The notes: a model not told the origin generated them from the letters alone. DNA of 64,000 nt from Candidatus Kapaibacterium sp. (GCA_013414795.1 CP058732.1:2331737-2395736), one strand, 5' to 3'. Shown: positions 37,937 to 47,944, numbered from the stretch's first letter. Numbers and translations: made by a program.

Positions 37937-39010
37937 ATGAAGGAAATAAAACTAATCCAAATTTCAAAGGAATTCAACAATCGCAAAGTTCTTGAAGATA
38001 TTTCCTTCGAAGCAAACGAAGAGGAATTCGTAGTTTTGGTTGGTCCATCTGGTTGCGGAAAAACCACTATCTTGCGTATCATTGCTGGATTGGAGTCGCC
38101 AACGAGTGGAAAAATCTACTTCAACGACAGTCTCTGGAACGAAGTTCCGCCAGGGGAACGAAAAGTTGGTATGGTATTCCAAAACTATGCACTCTATCCA
38201 CATTTTTCTGTATTCGAAAATTTAGCATTTCCTTTGAAAGTGCAAAAGGTCGATAAATCAACAATTGCCGAAAAAGTTAGAAAAGTTGCAGAAATGCTGA
38301 ATCTCACGGAAAAATTGAACAACAAACCGAAGGAACTTTCTGGAGGCGAGCGTCAACGAGTTGCACTTGGTCGGGCAATTATTCGGGAGCCGAATGTTTT
38401 CCTTTTCGACGAGCCATTGTCAAATCTGGATGCAAAATTGCGTGTTCTGATGCGTGCTGAAATCGTCAATCTGTGCAAAAAGTTGAAAACTCCTTCAATC
38501 TACGTAACGCACGACCAGATTGAAGCATTAACAATGGGAAGCAAAATCGTAGTTTTAAATCAAGGTAAAATTCAACAAGTTGGGACACCAAATGAAATTT
38601 ACTATAGACCAGCAAACACTTTCGTTGCAACTTTTATTGGCACGCCACAAATGAACTTGTTCCAAGGGTTTATCCAAGAAGGAAAATTCTTTGAAAAGAA
38701 CGGTCTTTTCCAATTCTCTTTAAAACAGTTTAACAATTATTCGGGAAATTTGATTATTGGAATAAGACCAGAAGATATTTATCTTACAAGTAGGGAAACT
38801 TCAATCATAAACACGACTGTGAAAGCAACAGAATATATTGGCTACGAAACTCTTGTTTACTTCGAACATCAAGACAAGTTGTATTCAATTATTTTAGACA
38901 AGAACCATAACTCACCAAGAGAGGGAGAACAGATTAACCTTGCATTTAAAACCGATTTCTTGCATTTCTTCGACAAAGAGGGAAAGCGTATTGAACTTGA
39001 TACAAATTAA
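37937..39010 (+). CDS. ABC transporter ATP-binding protein, MalK/UgpC-type with C-terminal TOBE domain (no adjacent permease)
   Basis: Walker A GPSGCGKTT, signature LSGGERQRVALGRA, Walker B LFDEPLSNLD, and a C-terminal transport-associated OB fold. Confidence 0.85.
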   Translation: MKEIKLIQISKEFNNRKVLEDISFEANEEEFVVLVGPSGCGKTTILRIIAGLESPTSGKIYFNDSLWNEVPPGERKVGMVFQNYALYPHFSVFENLAFPLKVQKVDKSTIAEKVRKVAEMLNLTEKLNNKPKELSGGERQRVALGRAIIREPNVFLFDEPLSNLDAKLRVLMRAEIVNLCKKLKTPSIYVTHDQIEALTMGSKIVVLNQGKIQQVGTPNEIYYRPANTFVATFIGTPQMNLFQGFIQEGKFFEKNGLFQFSLKQFNNYSGNLIIGIRPEDIYLTSRETSIINTTVKATEYIGYETLVYFEHQDKLYSIILDKNHNSPREGEQINLAFKTDFLHFFDKEGKRIELDTN

Positions 39011-39036
39011 GTTTTTAAAAAATAAAAGGTAGCAAA

Positions 39037-39492
39037 ATGAAACCGAAAATATTCATTTTGTTCTTTCTCATAATAGGATTAGCATTTGGTTGCTCCTTCA
39101 GAAAATTCAATAAAGAAATCATTTACACCGAAAACTCACCGAAGCCAATTGGTCCTTACAGTCAGGCTGTAAAAGTTGGAAAATTTGTTTTTGTTTCTGG
39201 GCAAATTGGAATTAATCCAGCGGACGGGACAATTCCGCAAGACGTTGAACAACAATTTCATCAAGTGATGAAAAACATCGAAAATATTCTAAAGGAGGCT
39301 GGAACAGATTTATCCCAAGTTGTAAAAGTTACTATATATTTAAAAGATTTGTCCGACTTTGCAAAAATCAACAGTCTTTACAGCCAATATTTCGTAGATA
39401 AATTCCCTGCAAGGGAAACAGTAGAAGTTTCAGGTCTTCCACGTGACGCAAAAATTGAAATTTCTGTTATTGCTATTACAAAAAAGAGATAA
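39037..39492 (+). CDS. RidA/YjgF-family protein with lipoprotein-type signal peptide
   Basis: The N-terminus MKPKIFILFFLIIGLAFGCSF has an LAFGC lipobox. The rest is RidA (PIGPYSQAV...VSGQIG...RETVEVSGLP). Confidence 0.7.
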   Translation: MKPKIFILFFLIIGLAFGCSFRKFNKEIIYTENSPKPIGPYSQAVKVGKFVFVSGQIGINPADGTIPQDVEQQFHQVMKNIENILKEAGTDLSQVVKVTIYLKDLSDFAKINSLYSQYFVDKFPARETVEVSGLPRDAKIEISVIAITKKR

Positions 39493-39497
39493 ACTTG

Positions 39498-41216
39498 CTA
39501 CATCCTGGTTGGGGCTGAAACACCTAAAATTTTCAACCCGTTTCGCAGTATTCTTTGAGTAACTTTGGCAAGTTTGAAACGAGCAGAGAGAATTGGTTCT
39601 TCCGATCCAATTATTCTACATTCGTGATAAAAAGTATGGAATGCAGTTGCAACGTCGTAGAGATAATCAGCAAGAATTTGTGGCTCGAATTTTTCAGCGG
39701 AAACTTCAACAACTTCGGGGAAACGCCTTTGCAACTTAATCAAGTTAATTTCTTCGGGTTTTGAAATGCATTCAGTTGTTACTTTGGGATTAAATTCAAT
39801 TCCACGCTCCTTTGCAGTATCAAATATCGAACAAATTCTTGCGTGGGCATACTGCAAGTAGAAGACTGGGTTCTTTTCGCTTTGTTCACGTGCAAGATTT
39901 AGGTCGAATTCAAGATGGGAAGAAACACTTCGCATCACAAAGAAAAAGCGAACGACGTCGGCTCCAACTTCATCTATCAACTCATCAAGAGTGTAACTTC
40001 TTCCACTTCTTTTCGACATTTTAACTTGAACCCCGTTTTCAGTCAATGTTACAAACTGGTGGAAAACCACCTTGACTTTCGAAGTATCGAAACCAAGTGC
40101 TTTCAGTCCAGCAAGAACATCGGGCACAGTAGCAATATGGTCGGAACCAAGAACATCTACAATCAAATCAAAGTTACGAAGGAATTTTTCTCGATGGTAA
40201 GCAATATCTGGCAAACGGTATGTAGGTTCACCAGTTGATTTAACTATCACACGGTCTTCTGAAAGTCCAAGTTTAGACAAAGCGAGCCAAACCGCCCCAT
40301 CTTTGTCGTAAACCAAGCCCTTTTCTCTTAAAATATTAATTACATCTTCAATCTTTCCATCTTTATAAAGCGAATCCTCGTTAAAAAACACATCGTGATG
40401 AATGTTTAATTTTTCCAGTGTGGAACGAATTTTTTCGAAGCACCATTTCTCGCCATAAGTTTTACAAAAATCAATGTTCTCTGGGATTTCTTCATAGTAT
40501 GTCTTACCAAATTTTTCCGCAATTTCGTTTGCAATTTCTTTGATGTAGTCCCCGTGGTATCCGTCTTCTGGGAAAGGATAATCATTATCTCCAAGGATTT
40601 GACGATAGCGAGCGAAAATCGACCGAGCAAGGTTCTGCATTTGCCGTCCAGCATTATTGAAGTAATACTCACGGGTTACATCATAACCAAGCCATTGGTA
40701 CAAAGTGGCAATGCTATCTCCAATGCAAGCATTCCTTCCGTGTCCTAAATGGAGCAGTCCCGTGGGATTAGCACTAACATACTCCACATTGACTTTTTGC
40801 CCCAACCCTTTATTGCCTTTTCCAAAATCTTCTCCGACTTGGAACATTCGGTCCAACTCAAGAGCAAAGAAGTTTTTCGAAAGTTTTATATTAATGAAAC
40901 CAGGTCCATCGATAGAAATTTTTTCTACAAGATTTGAATCCAGTTTTAAATTTTGCACTATGCTTTCGGCTATTTCTCTTGGATTCCTTTTTAGTTCTTT
41001 TGCAAGAATCAATGCAATGCTGGTAGCAAAATCGCCAAACTCTTCGTTTCTTGGTTGCTCGAAGCGAAGTCTATTTTCGAAATCCAAAGAAAACACACTT
41101 TTCAAAACTTCAAGGAAGGCATTGACTAAAAAATTAGGCACCATACTCTGTTGCTCCAATTTGTTCCAATTCTGCAAGCAACTTGGTTTTGTCTCGAACA
41201 GCAACCATTCGACCAC
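39498..41216 (-). CDS. argS: arginine--tRNA ligase
   Basis: HIGH motif NPTGLLHLGHGRN, KMSKS variant MSKRSG, and a DALR anticodon-binding C-terminus. The true start may be the internal Met at about 41144, given the overlap with rsfS. Confidence 0.85.
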   Translation of the reverse strand: MVEWLLFETKPSCLQNWNKLEQQSMVPNFLVNAFLEVLKSVFSLDFENRLRFEQPRNEEFGDFATSIALILAKELKRNPREIAESIVQNLKLDSNLVEKISIDGPGFINIKLSKNFFALELDRMFQVGEDFGKGNKGLGQKVNVEYVSANPTGLLHLGHGRNACIGDSIATLYQWLGYDVTREYYFNNAGRQMQNLARSIFARYRQILGDNDYPFPEDGYHGDYIKEIANEIAEKFGKTYYEEIPENIDFCKTYGEKWCFEKIRSTLEKLNIHHDVFFNEDSLYKDGKIEDVINILREKGLVYDKDGAVWLALSKLGLSEDRVIVKSTGEPTYRLPDIAYHREKFLRNFDLIVDVLGSDHIATVPDVLAGLKALGFDTSKVKVVFHQFVTLTENGVQVKMSKRSGRSYTLDELIDEVGADVVRFFFVMRSVSSHLEFDLNLAREQSEKNPVFYLQYAHARICSIFDTAKERGIEFNPKVTTECISKPEEINLIKLQRRFPEVVEVSAEKFEPQILADYLYDVATAFHTFYHECRIIGSEEPILSARFKLAKVTQRILRNGLKILGVSAPTRM

Positions 41217-41589
41217 TTTCGCTCAATTTGTAAAAGTTGCCGTCGCTCCACAAACGCTCTATGTTGTAAAATTTGCGTGCTTGATGGTAAAAAATATGAA
41301 AAACTACTTCGAAGAAATCCAGCAAAATCCAATAAGAAGAATTATAACCTTCAATTCTTGGTTTACGCACTTTTTCTTTTTTGCAACGCAATTCAACTTC
41401 CTCGACAATTGCACGCATTTGAACATCAGAATCGCAAGAGCAAAGGACAAAGTAATCGGCTGGTGCAGTTTCAATTTCGGTCAAATCGATTAAAACAATA
41501 TCCTTCGCCAATTTGTCCATTGCAACTTTTGAACACCATTTCGCCAACTCTTTGCTATTTTTGTTTCGACTTTTCAAAGCCCTTCCCAT
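41134..41589 (-). CDS. rsfS: ribosomal silencing factor RsfS (Iojap/DUF143)
   Basis: DIVLIDLTEIETAPADYFVLCS...WILLDFFEVVFHIF...FYNIERLW. It has an unusual roughly 35-aa C-terminal extension that overlaps the annotated argS start. Confidence 0.65.
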   Translation of the reverse strand: MGRALKSRNKNSKELAKWCSKVAMDKLAKDIVLIDLTEIETAPADYFVLCSCDSDVQMRAIVEEVELRCKKEKVRKPRIEGYNSSYWILLDFFEVVFHIFYHQARKFYNIERLWSDGNFYKLSESGRMVAVRDKTKLLAELEQIGATEYGA

Positions 41590-41612
41590 AATTACAAACT
41601 TTTATCGACGAA

Positions 41613-42062
41613 TTAATTTTTAAATGGTTTTAACAACTTGAAGTCGGAACCCAAAATGATAACTAAATCGAACTTTTGGTTTTCGTCCGTTTTAATCGAA
41701 TCTGGCAAATAGTCAATCAATTTAGCAACATAATTCGCAAATTGGATTGACCCAGGTTTCGATATTAATACACTTTTGTTAAGAGGCTTGTCATAATTTT
41801 GAGTGCTGATTTTATTTATTTCAAAACTGTTTAAAAATAACTTCATCTCTTTTGCAAGTCCATAAACATTTGTTGAGTTATAAATAGATATCGTTCCATC
41901 CAATTGGATAACCTTTTCTTCTGGTTTTGTGTCTGATGTCGAATTTTCAAGCCAAATGTTTTTCAAAGAAAATGAAACAATGAAAAACAATATTAAACAC
42001 AGACCCAAAAAAATTATTGAAAAAACAAAAATTTTATTTATTTTGCTTATCATAAAGTACAA
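41613..42062 (-). CDS. membrane-anchored LytR_C-domain protein
   Basis: N-terminal TM helix and a C-terminal LytR_C-like pattern (VLISKPGSIQFANYVAKLI...FDLVIILGSDF). Confidence 0.5.
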   Translation of the reverse strand: MYFMISKINKIFVFSIIFLGLCLILFFIVSFSLKNIWLENSTSDTKPEEKVIQLDGTISIYNSTNVYGLAKEMKLFLNSFEINKISTQNYDKPLNKSVLISKPGSIQFANYVAKLIDYLPDSIKTDENQKFDLVIILGSDFKLLKPFKN

Positions 42063-42094
42063 AAATAAGCAATATTAACATCTGAAGATGAAGT

Positions 42095-43402
42095 ATGGGT
42101 AAGAAAGAATTATTCGGAACGATATTGAACCCAACCAAAAATGGAAGCGTCGAATTGATAAAAAATGGCTTTGTCGAATTCGACGAGAAAACAGGCAAAA
42201 TCCTTAAAGTTGGCAAAACGAACAGCAAAACCGTAAAATCTACTGAAAATGTGTTCATCATTCCTGGGATGGTGGATTTACATAGTCACATTCCTCAACT
42301 GCCTGGCGTTGGAAAGAATGCCGATGAACTTTTGCCTTGGTTGAAAAATCACATCTTTCCCTTGGAAGTTCGTTTTAGCCAACTTGATTACGCAGAAAAA
42401 GTCTCCCGTTTCTTTTTCAAAGAAGCCTTGCGATTTGGAACAACAACGATTGTTGCCTACGCCTCGGTTCACAAAGAAGCCACCGACGTTGCCTTCGAGG
42501 TTGCCAAAGAAATTGGCATTCGTGCCTTTATTGGAAAAGTAATGATGGATAGGGATATGAAACGCTATCCCGAAGAGTTGCCCTTGATGTCACGAAATAT
42601 TAAAGATTCTATTGACCTCGCCAAGAAATGGCACAATTCCAATCAAGGTCGTCTTCAATATATTTTCACGCCTCGCTTTGCTGCTTCTTGCACAATGAAA
42701 CTTCTTGAAAAGACTGCAAAAGTGGCAAAAGAAGGCGGTTTTTACATCCAAACACACCTTGCAGAAAACCAAAGCGAGGTGAAATTTATTAAGTCGCTCT
42801 TTGAAAGGGAACGCCATCGTGTCCCAACAAACACACATATCTTCAAAAAAAGCGATATACTCGGCGAGAAAACGCTTCTTGCCCATTGCCTTTACCTTTC
42901 CCCACCAGAATTGCAGTTAATTAAGGAAAGCGGCTCGAAAATAATTCATTGCCCAACTTCAAACATATTCCTTCAAAGCGGATTTATGCCTTACCGTAGA
43001 TACGAAACCTATGAAATACCAATAGGATTGGGTACTGACGTCGCTGGTGGCTATACACTTTCAATGTTCAATTGTATGCGTGATGCAATCGAAACTTCAA
43101 AAATTGTAAATCTTTTGAACGACAATCGACCCTATCCAATACTTCAACCAACAGAAGTTTTTTGGGTATCAACTCTGGGCGGAGCAAAAATTCTACAGCT
43201 TGACGAAAAGATTGGTTCAATTGAGGAAAACAAAGACGCAGACCTAGTTGTAATCAAAGCAAAACCTTCGTTTTCTTTCTACTGCAATATGGACGACGCA
43301 AACAGTATCTTACAAAATTTTATCTATTTACCAACAACATACAACATCGAAAAGGTCTTTATTGCTGGCAAGGAAATAGACTTGAATTACGAACAAAATT
43401 AG
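42095..43402 (+). CDS. amidohydrolase-superfamily deaminase (guanine deaminase-like)
   Basis: Metal-binding HxH (VDLHSHIPQ) and downstream QTHLAENQSEV, typical of guanine or cytosine-type deaminases. Confidence 0.55.
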   Translation: MGKKELFGTILNPTKNGSVELIKNGFVEFDEKTGKILKVGKTNSKTVKSTENVFIIPGMVDLHSHIPQLPGVGKNADELLPWLKNHIFPLEVRFSQLDYAEKVSRFFFKEALRFGTTTIVAYASVHKEATDVAFEVAKEIGIRAFIGKVMMDRDMKRYPEELPLMSRNIKDSIDLAKKWHNSNQGRLQYIFTPRFAASCTMKLLEKTAKVAKEGGFYIQTHLAENQSEVKFIKSLFERERHRVPTNTHIFKKSDILGEKTLLAHCLYLSPPELQLIKESGSKIIHCPTSNIFLQSGFMPYRRYETYEIPIGLGTDVAGGYTLSMFNCMRDAIETSKIVNLLNDNRPYPILQPTEVFWVSTLGGAKILQLDEKIGSIEENKDADLVVIKAKPSFSFYCNMDDANSILQNFIYLPTTYNIEKVFIAGKEIDLNYEQN

Positions 43403-43435
43403 TTGCAACCGATTTGCTCCGTCTTGAACAACACT

Positions 43436-44176
43436 TTAAAGCAGTTTAGAAAGACTTGAAATTCCGATTGGTTCAATCGAAAGAAACGCTTCTGCATATT
43501 TAACACCTACAAGAGTACCAAAATAGCGAGCCCGTGCTTCAAGTTCAACGAAAAAATCAGGTCGAGAGAGTCTTGTGGTTGGTTCGTTTGGATTTGATTT
43601 ACCTTCAACAAAAACTTGCGAGACATAGCATTTTATTGCTTGTAATTTTGTTTCGTAAACATCGGTTATATCAACATAAAAGCTCGGTTCTTTCGGGAAT
43701 TGATAACTTTGCATATAACAATACATTTTCCTAATTCGCCAGGGTTCCTGGGGAATTCCATCCTCGAATGTTTGAAGCTTCCGAAGCCCACTTAAAAACA
43801 TTGCTCGACGGACAATCGAGTTCAAAGCCTCGTGGTCGGGATGGCGTTCGAAATTTGCACTAAAAAGAACCATTTTGGGACGATACTTGCGTAATACTCT
43901 TATTGTTTCAAGAATAGTCTCTTTGGTGGGGGAAGTAAAGCCATCGGGCAATTTAAGATTCTCTCGAAACTTTATCCCAAGTACTTTTTTTGCTTCTTCT
44001 GCTTCTTTCAATCTATCCTCGGGAGTACCCCTTGTTCCAAGTTCCCCAAGCGACATATCCACAACTGCAACCGAATACCCCTCGCGGACGAACTTTGCAA
44101 TTGTTCCGCCGCAAGCAATTTCTATGTCGTCCGGGTGCGACCCGAAAGCAAGCAAATCAACTTCGTATCCGTCCAT
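43436..44176 (-). CDS. PIG-L/LmbE-family N-acetylglucosaminyl deacetylase (BshB-like)
   Basis: LAFGSHPDDIEIACGG...HPDH motifs. Confidence 0.7.
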   Translation of the reverse strand: MDGYEVDLLAFGSHPDDIEIACGGTIAKFVREGYSVAVVDMSLGELGTRGTPEDRLKEAEEAKKVLGIKFRENLKLPDGFTSPTKETILETIRVLRKYRPKMVLFSANFERHPDHEALNSIVRRAMFLSGLRKLQTFEDGIPQEPWRIRKMYCYMQSYQFPKEPSFYVDITDVYETKLQAIKCYVSQVFVEGKSNPNEPTTRLSRPDFFVELEARARYFGTLVGVKYAEAFLSIEPIGISSLSKLL

Positions 44177-44177
44177 T

Positions 44178-44621
44178 TTAGCGACCAGTAAGTGAGTGGA
44201 TTTTTTCTACACGACGCTCGTGGCGTCCACCTTCAAATTGCTCATTTATAAAAGCAATGGCTATTTCTTTTGCTAATTCCAGTGGTATTAAACGAGCACC
44301 AAAAGTTAGAAGATTTGCATTGTTGTGCTGTCGGGCAAGTCGAGCCATTTCCACGCTACAACAATTTGCAGCGCGCACGCCAGCCACCTTGTTCGCTACA
44401 ATACTCATTCCAATTCCACTGCCGCAAATTAAAATCCCAAAATTATGCTCGCCACTCGCAATGCTTAAAGCAAGCGGAAAAGCGTAATCGGGATAATCAC
44501 ACGATTCGGGAGTAAAACAGCCGAAGTCGGTAACTTCGTAACCGACCTCGGCAAGATAATTTTTTATTTGTTCCTTGTACTCGAAACCAGCGTGGTCGGA
44601 ACCAATTGCAATTTTCATCAC
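44178..44621 (-). CDS. rpiB: ribose-5-phosphate isomerase B
   Basis: MKIAIGSDHAGFEYK...GILICGSGIGMSIVANK. Confidence 0.85.
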   Translation of the reverse strand: MMKIAIGSDHAGFEYKEQIKNYLAEVGYEVTDFGCFTPESCDYPDYAFPLALSIASGEHNFGILICGSGIGMSIVANKVAGVRAANCCSVEMARLARQHNNANLLTFGARLIPLELAKEIAIAFINEQFEGGRHERRVEKIHSLTGR

Positions 44622-44625
44622 CGCC

Positions 44626-45180
44626 TCAAATCACAATTTCAGTCATTGGTGTATGATACTCTTCTTGTCGAGGCGTTGGGGAAACATTTTTTCCAAAGTT
44701 GAACAAATCGGGTTTATGTTTTTTCTCGATTTTTTCTTGTATCACCATTAATGCTTTAATCAATGCTTCTGGACGCGGTGGGCACCCCGCTACATAGACA
44801 TCAACGGGTAAAAATTGGTCTATTCCTTGTACTACTGAATAGCTTCGAAACATTCCCCCGGTCGAAGTACAAACGCCCATAGCAACAACCCACTTGGGGT
44901 CGGGCATTTGGTCGTATATTTTACGAACGACCCAAGACATTTTGTATGTAACAGTGCCAGCAACAATAAGCAAATCGGACTGACGCGGAGTCATTCGAAA
45001 AACTTCGGAGCCGAAACGAGCAACATCGAAGCGGGGCGAGGCGAAAGCCATCATTTCAATAGCACAGCAAGAAATTCCTAAAGGCATTGGCCAGACGGAA
45101 TTTTTCTGTGCCCACTTCAAAACGGCCTCGACGGAAGTAGTTAGAAATCCATCTCGGCCTAATAATTTATCTAATCCCAT
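44626..45180 (-). CDS. nuoB: NADH-quinone oxidoreductase subunit B
   Basis: Fe-S (N2) Cys pattern: [16 protein letters not shown]. Confidence 0.9.
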   Translation of the reverse strand: MGLDKLLGRDGFLTTSVEAVLKWAQKNSVWPMPLGISCCAIEMMAFASPRFDVARFGSEVFRMTPRQSDLLIVAGTVTYKMSWVVRKIYDQMPDPKWVVAMGVCTSTGGMFRSYSVVQGIDQFLPVDVYVAGCPPRPEALIKALMVIQEKIEKKHKPDLFNFGKNVSPTPRQEEYHTPMTEIVI

Positions 45181-45527
45181 TGCAATCCTCCTTTTTTAAG
45201 TTCATAATAATAACCAGCGAAAAGTATAACAATAAAAATAATCATAGCCCAAAAACCGGCTGAATCGAGCCAGTTGAAACTCACAGCCCAAGGATATAGG
45301 AAAACTACTTCGATATCGAACACAATAAAACTCATTGCAATCAGATAGAACTTAACGGAAAACCTTTCTCGCGCAGTTCTGAAAGGAATCATTCCACTTT
45401 CATAAGTGGTAATTTTTTCACGCGTTACACGCCGAGCGCCCATCCATTCGGATAAAATCATAAAGACAAAGGCAATTGCAAAGCCAAAAAGAACCATCAA
45501 AATCAAAGGAATATAACTTGTTAACAT
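45171..45527 (-). CDS. nuoA: NADH-quinone oxidoreductase subunit A
   Basis: 118 aa, three TM helices, typical NuoA/ND3 sequence (YESGM...[12 protein letters not shown]). Confidence 0.85.
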   Translation of the reverse strand: MLTSYIPLILMVLFGFAIAFVFMILSEWMGARRVTREKITTYESGMIPFRTARERFSVKFYLIAMSFIVFDIEVVFLYPWAVSFNWLDSAGFWAMIIFIVILFAGYYYELKKGGLQWD

Positions 45528-45663
45528 ATATCAACCAAAAAAAGCAAATTTAACAAAGAGCCAAATAATACACAAAAAAGAAAAACGAAAGATTTTATAA
45601 AAATTGTATTTCAAAGTCCATTTTGACATTTCATAAAAATTTATTAATTTGCATTTTGTAAGT

Positions 45664-45738
45664 GGGCGGATAGCTCAGCTGGTATAGAGCGCCTGCCTTA
45701 CAAGCAGGAGGTCGGGAGTTCGAGTCTCTCTTCGCCCA
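45664..45738 (+). tRNA. tRNA-Val (anticodon TAC)
   Basis: Cloverleaf: acceptor gggcgga/ttcgccc, D-arm gctc-agctggta-gagc, anticodon loop cuUACaa, T-arm gggag-ttcgagt-ctctc. Confidence 0.85.
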
Positions 45739-45747
45739 CGATAGGTT

Positions 45748-45833
45748 GCAGAAGTGGCGGAACTGGCAGACGCGCTGGACTCAAAATCCAGTGGGCTTAA
45801 AAACCCGTGCGGGTTCGACTCCCGCCTTCTGCA
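45748..45833 (+). tRNA. tRNA-Leu (anticodon CAA)
   Basis: Acceptor gcagaag/cttctgc, anticodon stem ctgga/tccag with loop cuCAAaa, a long variable arm (ggg...ccc), and T-arm gcggg-ttcgact-cccgc. 86 nt. Confidence 0.85.
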
Positions 45834-45978
45834 CTTCGATATTATGCCAATTCTCTTTCCTTTACTTCCTTGACATCCAACTTGGTTACTTTCAATGCAC
45901 ACAAATTCAAAATCTTCCAATTAAAGTTACTCTTTCTGATGAAAATAATGATTTTTTTGTTAATTTTGTATTTTGGTT

Positions 45979-46052
45979 GCACCCGTAGCTCAATTGGATA
46001 GAGCATCTGACTACGGATCAGAAGGTTGGGGGTTCGAGTCCCTCCGGGTGTG
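45979..46052 (+). tRNA. tRNA-Arg (anticodon ACG)
   Basis: Acceptor gcacccg/cgggtgt (G1-U72), D-arm gctc-aattggata-gagc, anticodon loop cuACGga, T-arm ggggg-ttcgagt-ccctc. Confidence 0.8.
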
Positions 46053-46060
46053 CAAAGCCT

Positions 46061-46134
46061 GCACCCGTAGCTCAGCTGGATAGAGCATCAGATTCCGGAT
46101 CTGAGGGTCGTGGGTTCGAATCCCGCCGGGTGTG
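46061..46134 (+). tRNA. tRNA-Arg (anticodon CCG)
   Basis: Same scaffold as the preceding tRNA, with anticodon loop uuCCGga and T-arm gtggg-ttcgaat-cccgc. Confidence 0.8.
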
Positions 46135-46158
46135 CTTCATTTTTTGAAGCACTTTAAT
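46132..46158 (+). terminator. terminator hairpin after the tRNA cluster
   Basis: gtgcttca ttttt tgaagcac (8-bp stem) followed by tttaatt. It overlaps the tRNA 3' end and sits at the convergence point with recX. Confidence 0.55.
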
Positions 46159-46801
46159 TGTCGTACTCCTCGTTACCTGGCAATTCCTCGACGACTTTGT
46201 TTATCATCTCCCAAGAAAAGCCCTTGGAATAAAGATATTGAGCAACTTTCTGGACGGGGTTATCTTTGTTCATTCGTACCAACTGTTGAAACTTTTTCAA
46301 TGCAAGATTCATCGCATTTTCAAATTCCTGGCTATCAACTTGTAAATCTCTCAAAACTTCATCAATTACATCCTTGCTCAATCCTTTTTGAAAAAGATTG
46401 TTTTTAATTCGAAGGAGGCTATATTTTTTTTGTTTGAGGGCAAATTGTAAATAATCTTTCGCAAATTTTTTGTCGTCGAGGTAACCAAAATCCTCTAAAA
46501 ATTCAATGGCTTTTTGAATCTCGCTCTCGGTGTAATGCTTCTGCTTTAATTTTTGCTCAACTTCAAACTTTGTACGCTGTTTGTAGGATACAAAATTTAA
46601 TGCGATGTTTTTTGCTTCAATTATTCTTTGTTCTTTTAGAATATCAGTGAGTAAATTCGTATCTAATTTTTTACCTTTGGAAAGCTTATACTTTGCAACC
46701 AAATCAATTGCAAAATCAAACTTTTCACCGTTATCAAACTCAACCGAACAAATGTCCCTTCGACCTTTTTTGGAGATAGATTTAACAACAACAGAACTCA
46801 T
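46154..46801 (-). CDS. recX: recombination regulator RecX
   Basis: Three-helix repeat protein immediately downstream of recA, overlapping it by 4 nt, with the typical RecX repeat pattern. Confidence 0.75.
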   Translation of the reverse strand: MSSVVVKSISKKGRRDICSVEFDNGEKFDFAIDLVAKYKLSKGKKLDTNLLTDILKEQRIIEAKNIALNFVSYKQRTKFEVEQKLKQKHYTESEIQKAIEFLEDFGYLDDKKFAKDYLQFALKQKKYSLLRIKNNLFQKGLSKDVIDEVLRDLQVDSQEFENAMNLALKKFQQLVRMNKDNPVQKVAQYLYSKGFSWEMINKVVEELPGNEEYDN

Positions 46802-47832
46802 TTCAAGGGTGGAAGATTTAACACTTCGCGTACTTTGGCTTCGAGGGTACGGTACACCTCTGGATTTTCAAGCAAATATTTTCTCAAACCTTCGCGGCCT
46901 TGAATTCGCTCCTCGTTTAAAGAGAACCAAGAGCCGGCTTTGACAATTAAATCGCTATTTATTGCAATTTCGATTATATCATTGACTTTTGAAATTCCTT
47001 CGTTGTACAGTATATCGAACTCAACTTCTTTAAATGGAGGAGCAACTTTGTTTTTAACAATTTTGGCTCGCACTCGATTTCCAATAATTTCCTGACCATC
47101 TTTTATGACATCTTTTCGACGAAGATCGATTCTTACAGAGGCATAGAATTTCAATGCATTTCCACCGGTTGTAGTTTCTGGGTTCCCGAACATAACTCCA
47201 AGTCGGCTACGTAATTGATTTGTGAAAATCACGCAGGTGTTCGATTTAGCAATAACTGCATTCAATTTCCTCATTGCTTGCGACATAAGTCTTGCTTGAA
47301 CACCCATCTGCGGGTCGCCCATATCTCCTTCGATTTCAACCCGAGGCGTCAACGCAGCAACAGAATCTATAACTATCACATCGATAGCATTGCTTCGGGC
47401 AAGAGTTTCGACAATTTCAAGTGCTTGCTCGCCAAACTCGGGTTGCGAAAGCAACAATGTACTAAGGTCGACTCCTAATTTTTGGGCATAATTCACATCG
47501 AGCGCGTGCTCAGTGTCGACGAATGCGGCTAACCCCCCCGCTTTTTGGGCTTCGGCTATAATTTGCAAACAAACTGTTGTTTTGCCAGACGACTCCGGTC
47601 CGAAAATTTCCGTAATACGACCTCTTGGCACACCGCCAATGCCAATTGCTGCATCGAGCGAAAGACACCCAGTTGAGATTGCATCGACTTGGACAACATT
47701 TGTATCGCTTAGACGCATAATCGAACCTTTGCCAAATTGCCGTTCGATTTGGTCAATTGCAAGTTTAACTGCTTTCAATTTTTCTTCCACAATCTTGGAA
47801 GTGTCTGGTTTTTGTTCTTTTGTTTGTGCCAT
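46798..47832 (-). CDS. recA: recombinase A
   Basis: Walker [10 protein letters not shown] and the highly conserved RecA core (ALDPVYA-like, IDSVAAL). Confidence 0.95.
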   Translation of the reverse strand: MAQTKEQKPDTSKIVEEKLKAVKLAIDQIERQFGKGSIMRLSDTNVVQVDAISTGCLSLDAAIGIGGVPRGRITEIFGPESSGKTTVCLQIIAEAQKAGGLAAFVDTEHALDVNYAQKLGVDLSTLLLSQPEFGEQALEIVETLARSNAIDVIVIDSVAALTPRVEIEGDMGDPQMGVQARLMSQAMRKLNAVIAKSNTCVIFTNQLRSRLGVMFGNPETTTGGNALKFYASVRIDLRRKDVIKDGQEIIGNRVRAKIVKNKVAPPFKEVEFDILYNEGISKVNDIIEIAINSDLIVKAGSWFSLNEERIQGREGLRKYLLENPEVYRTLEAKVREVLNLPPLK

Positions 47833-47944
47833 ATTTATACCAAATAAAATTACTTTTTGCGTTTCTATAATTTACCAAAATATCAAAAATTAGCAAATTT
47901 CTATATACAAATTTTGTCAAATATATTTGTTATTTTAGAATGGT

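Noticed and set aside
45528-46160. Genomic island or integrative element at the tRNA cluster
   Set aside because: No integrase, transposase, phage genes or direct repeats of tRNA 3' ends are present. The flanking genes are core (nuoAB, recAX).
47833-47944. Possible yybP-ykoY Mn riboswitch upstream of mntP, or a LexA box upstream of recA
   Set aside because: The 112-bp AT-rich divergent region shows none of the conserved yybP-ykoY helices and no recognisable SOS palindrome.
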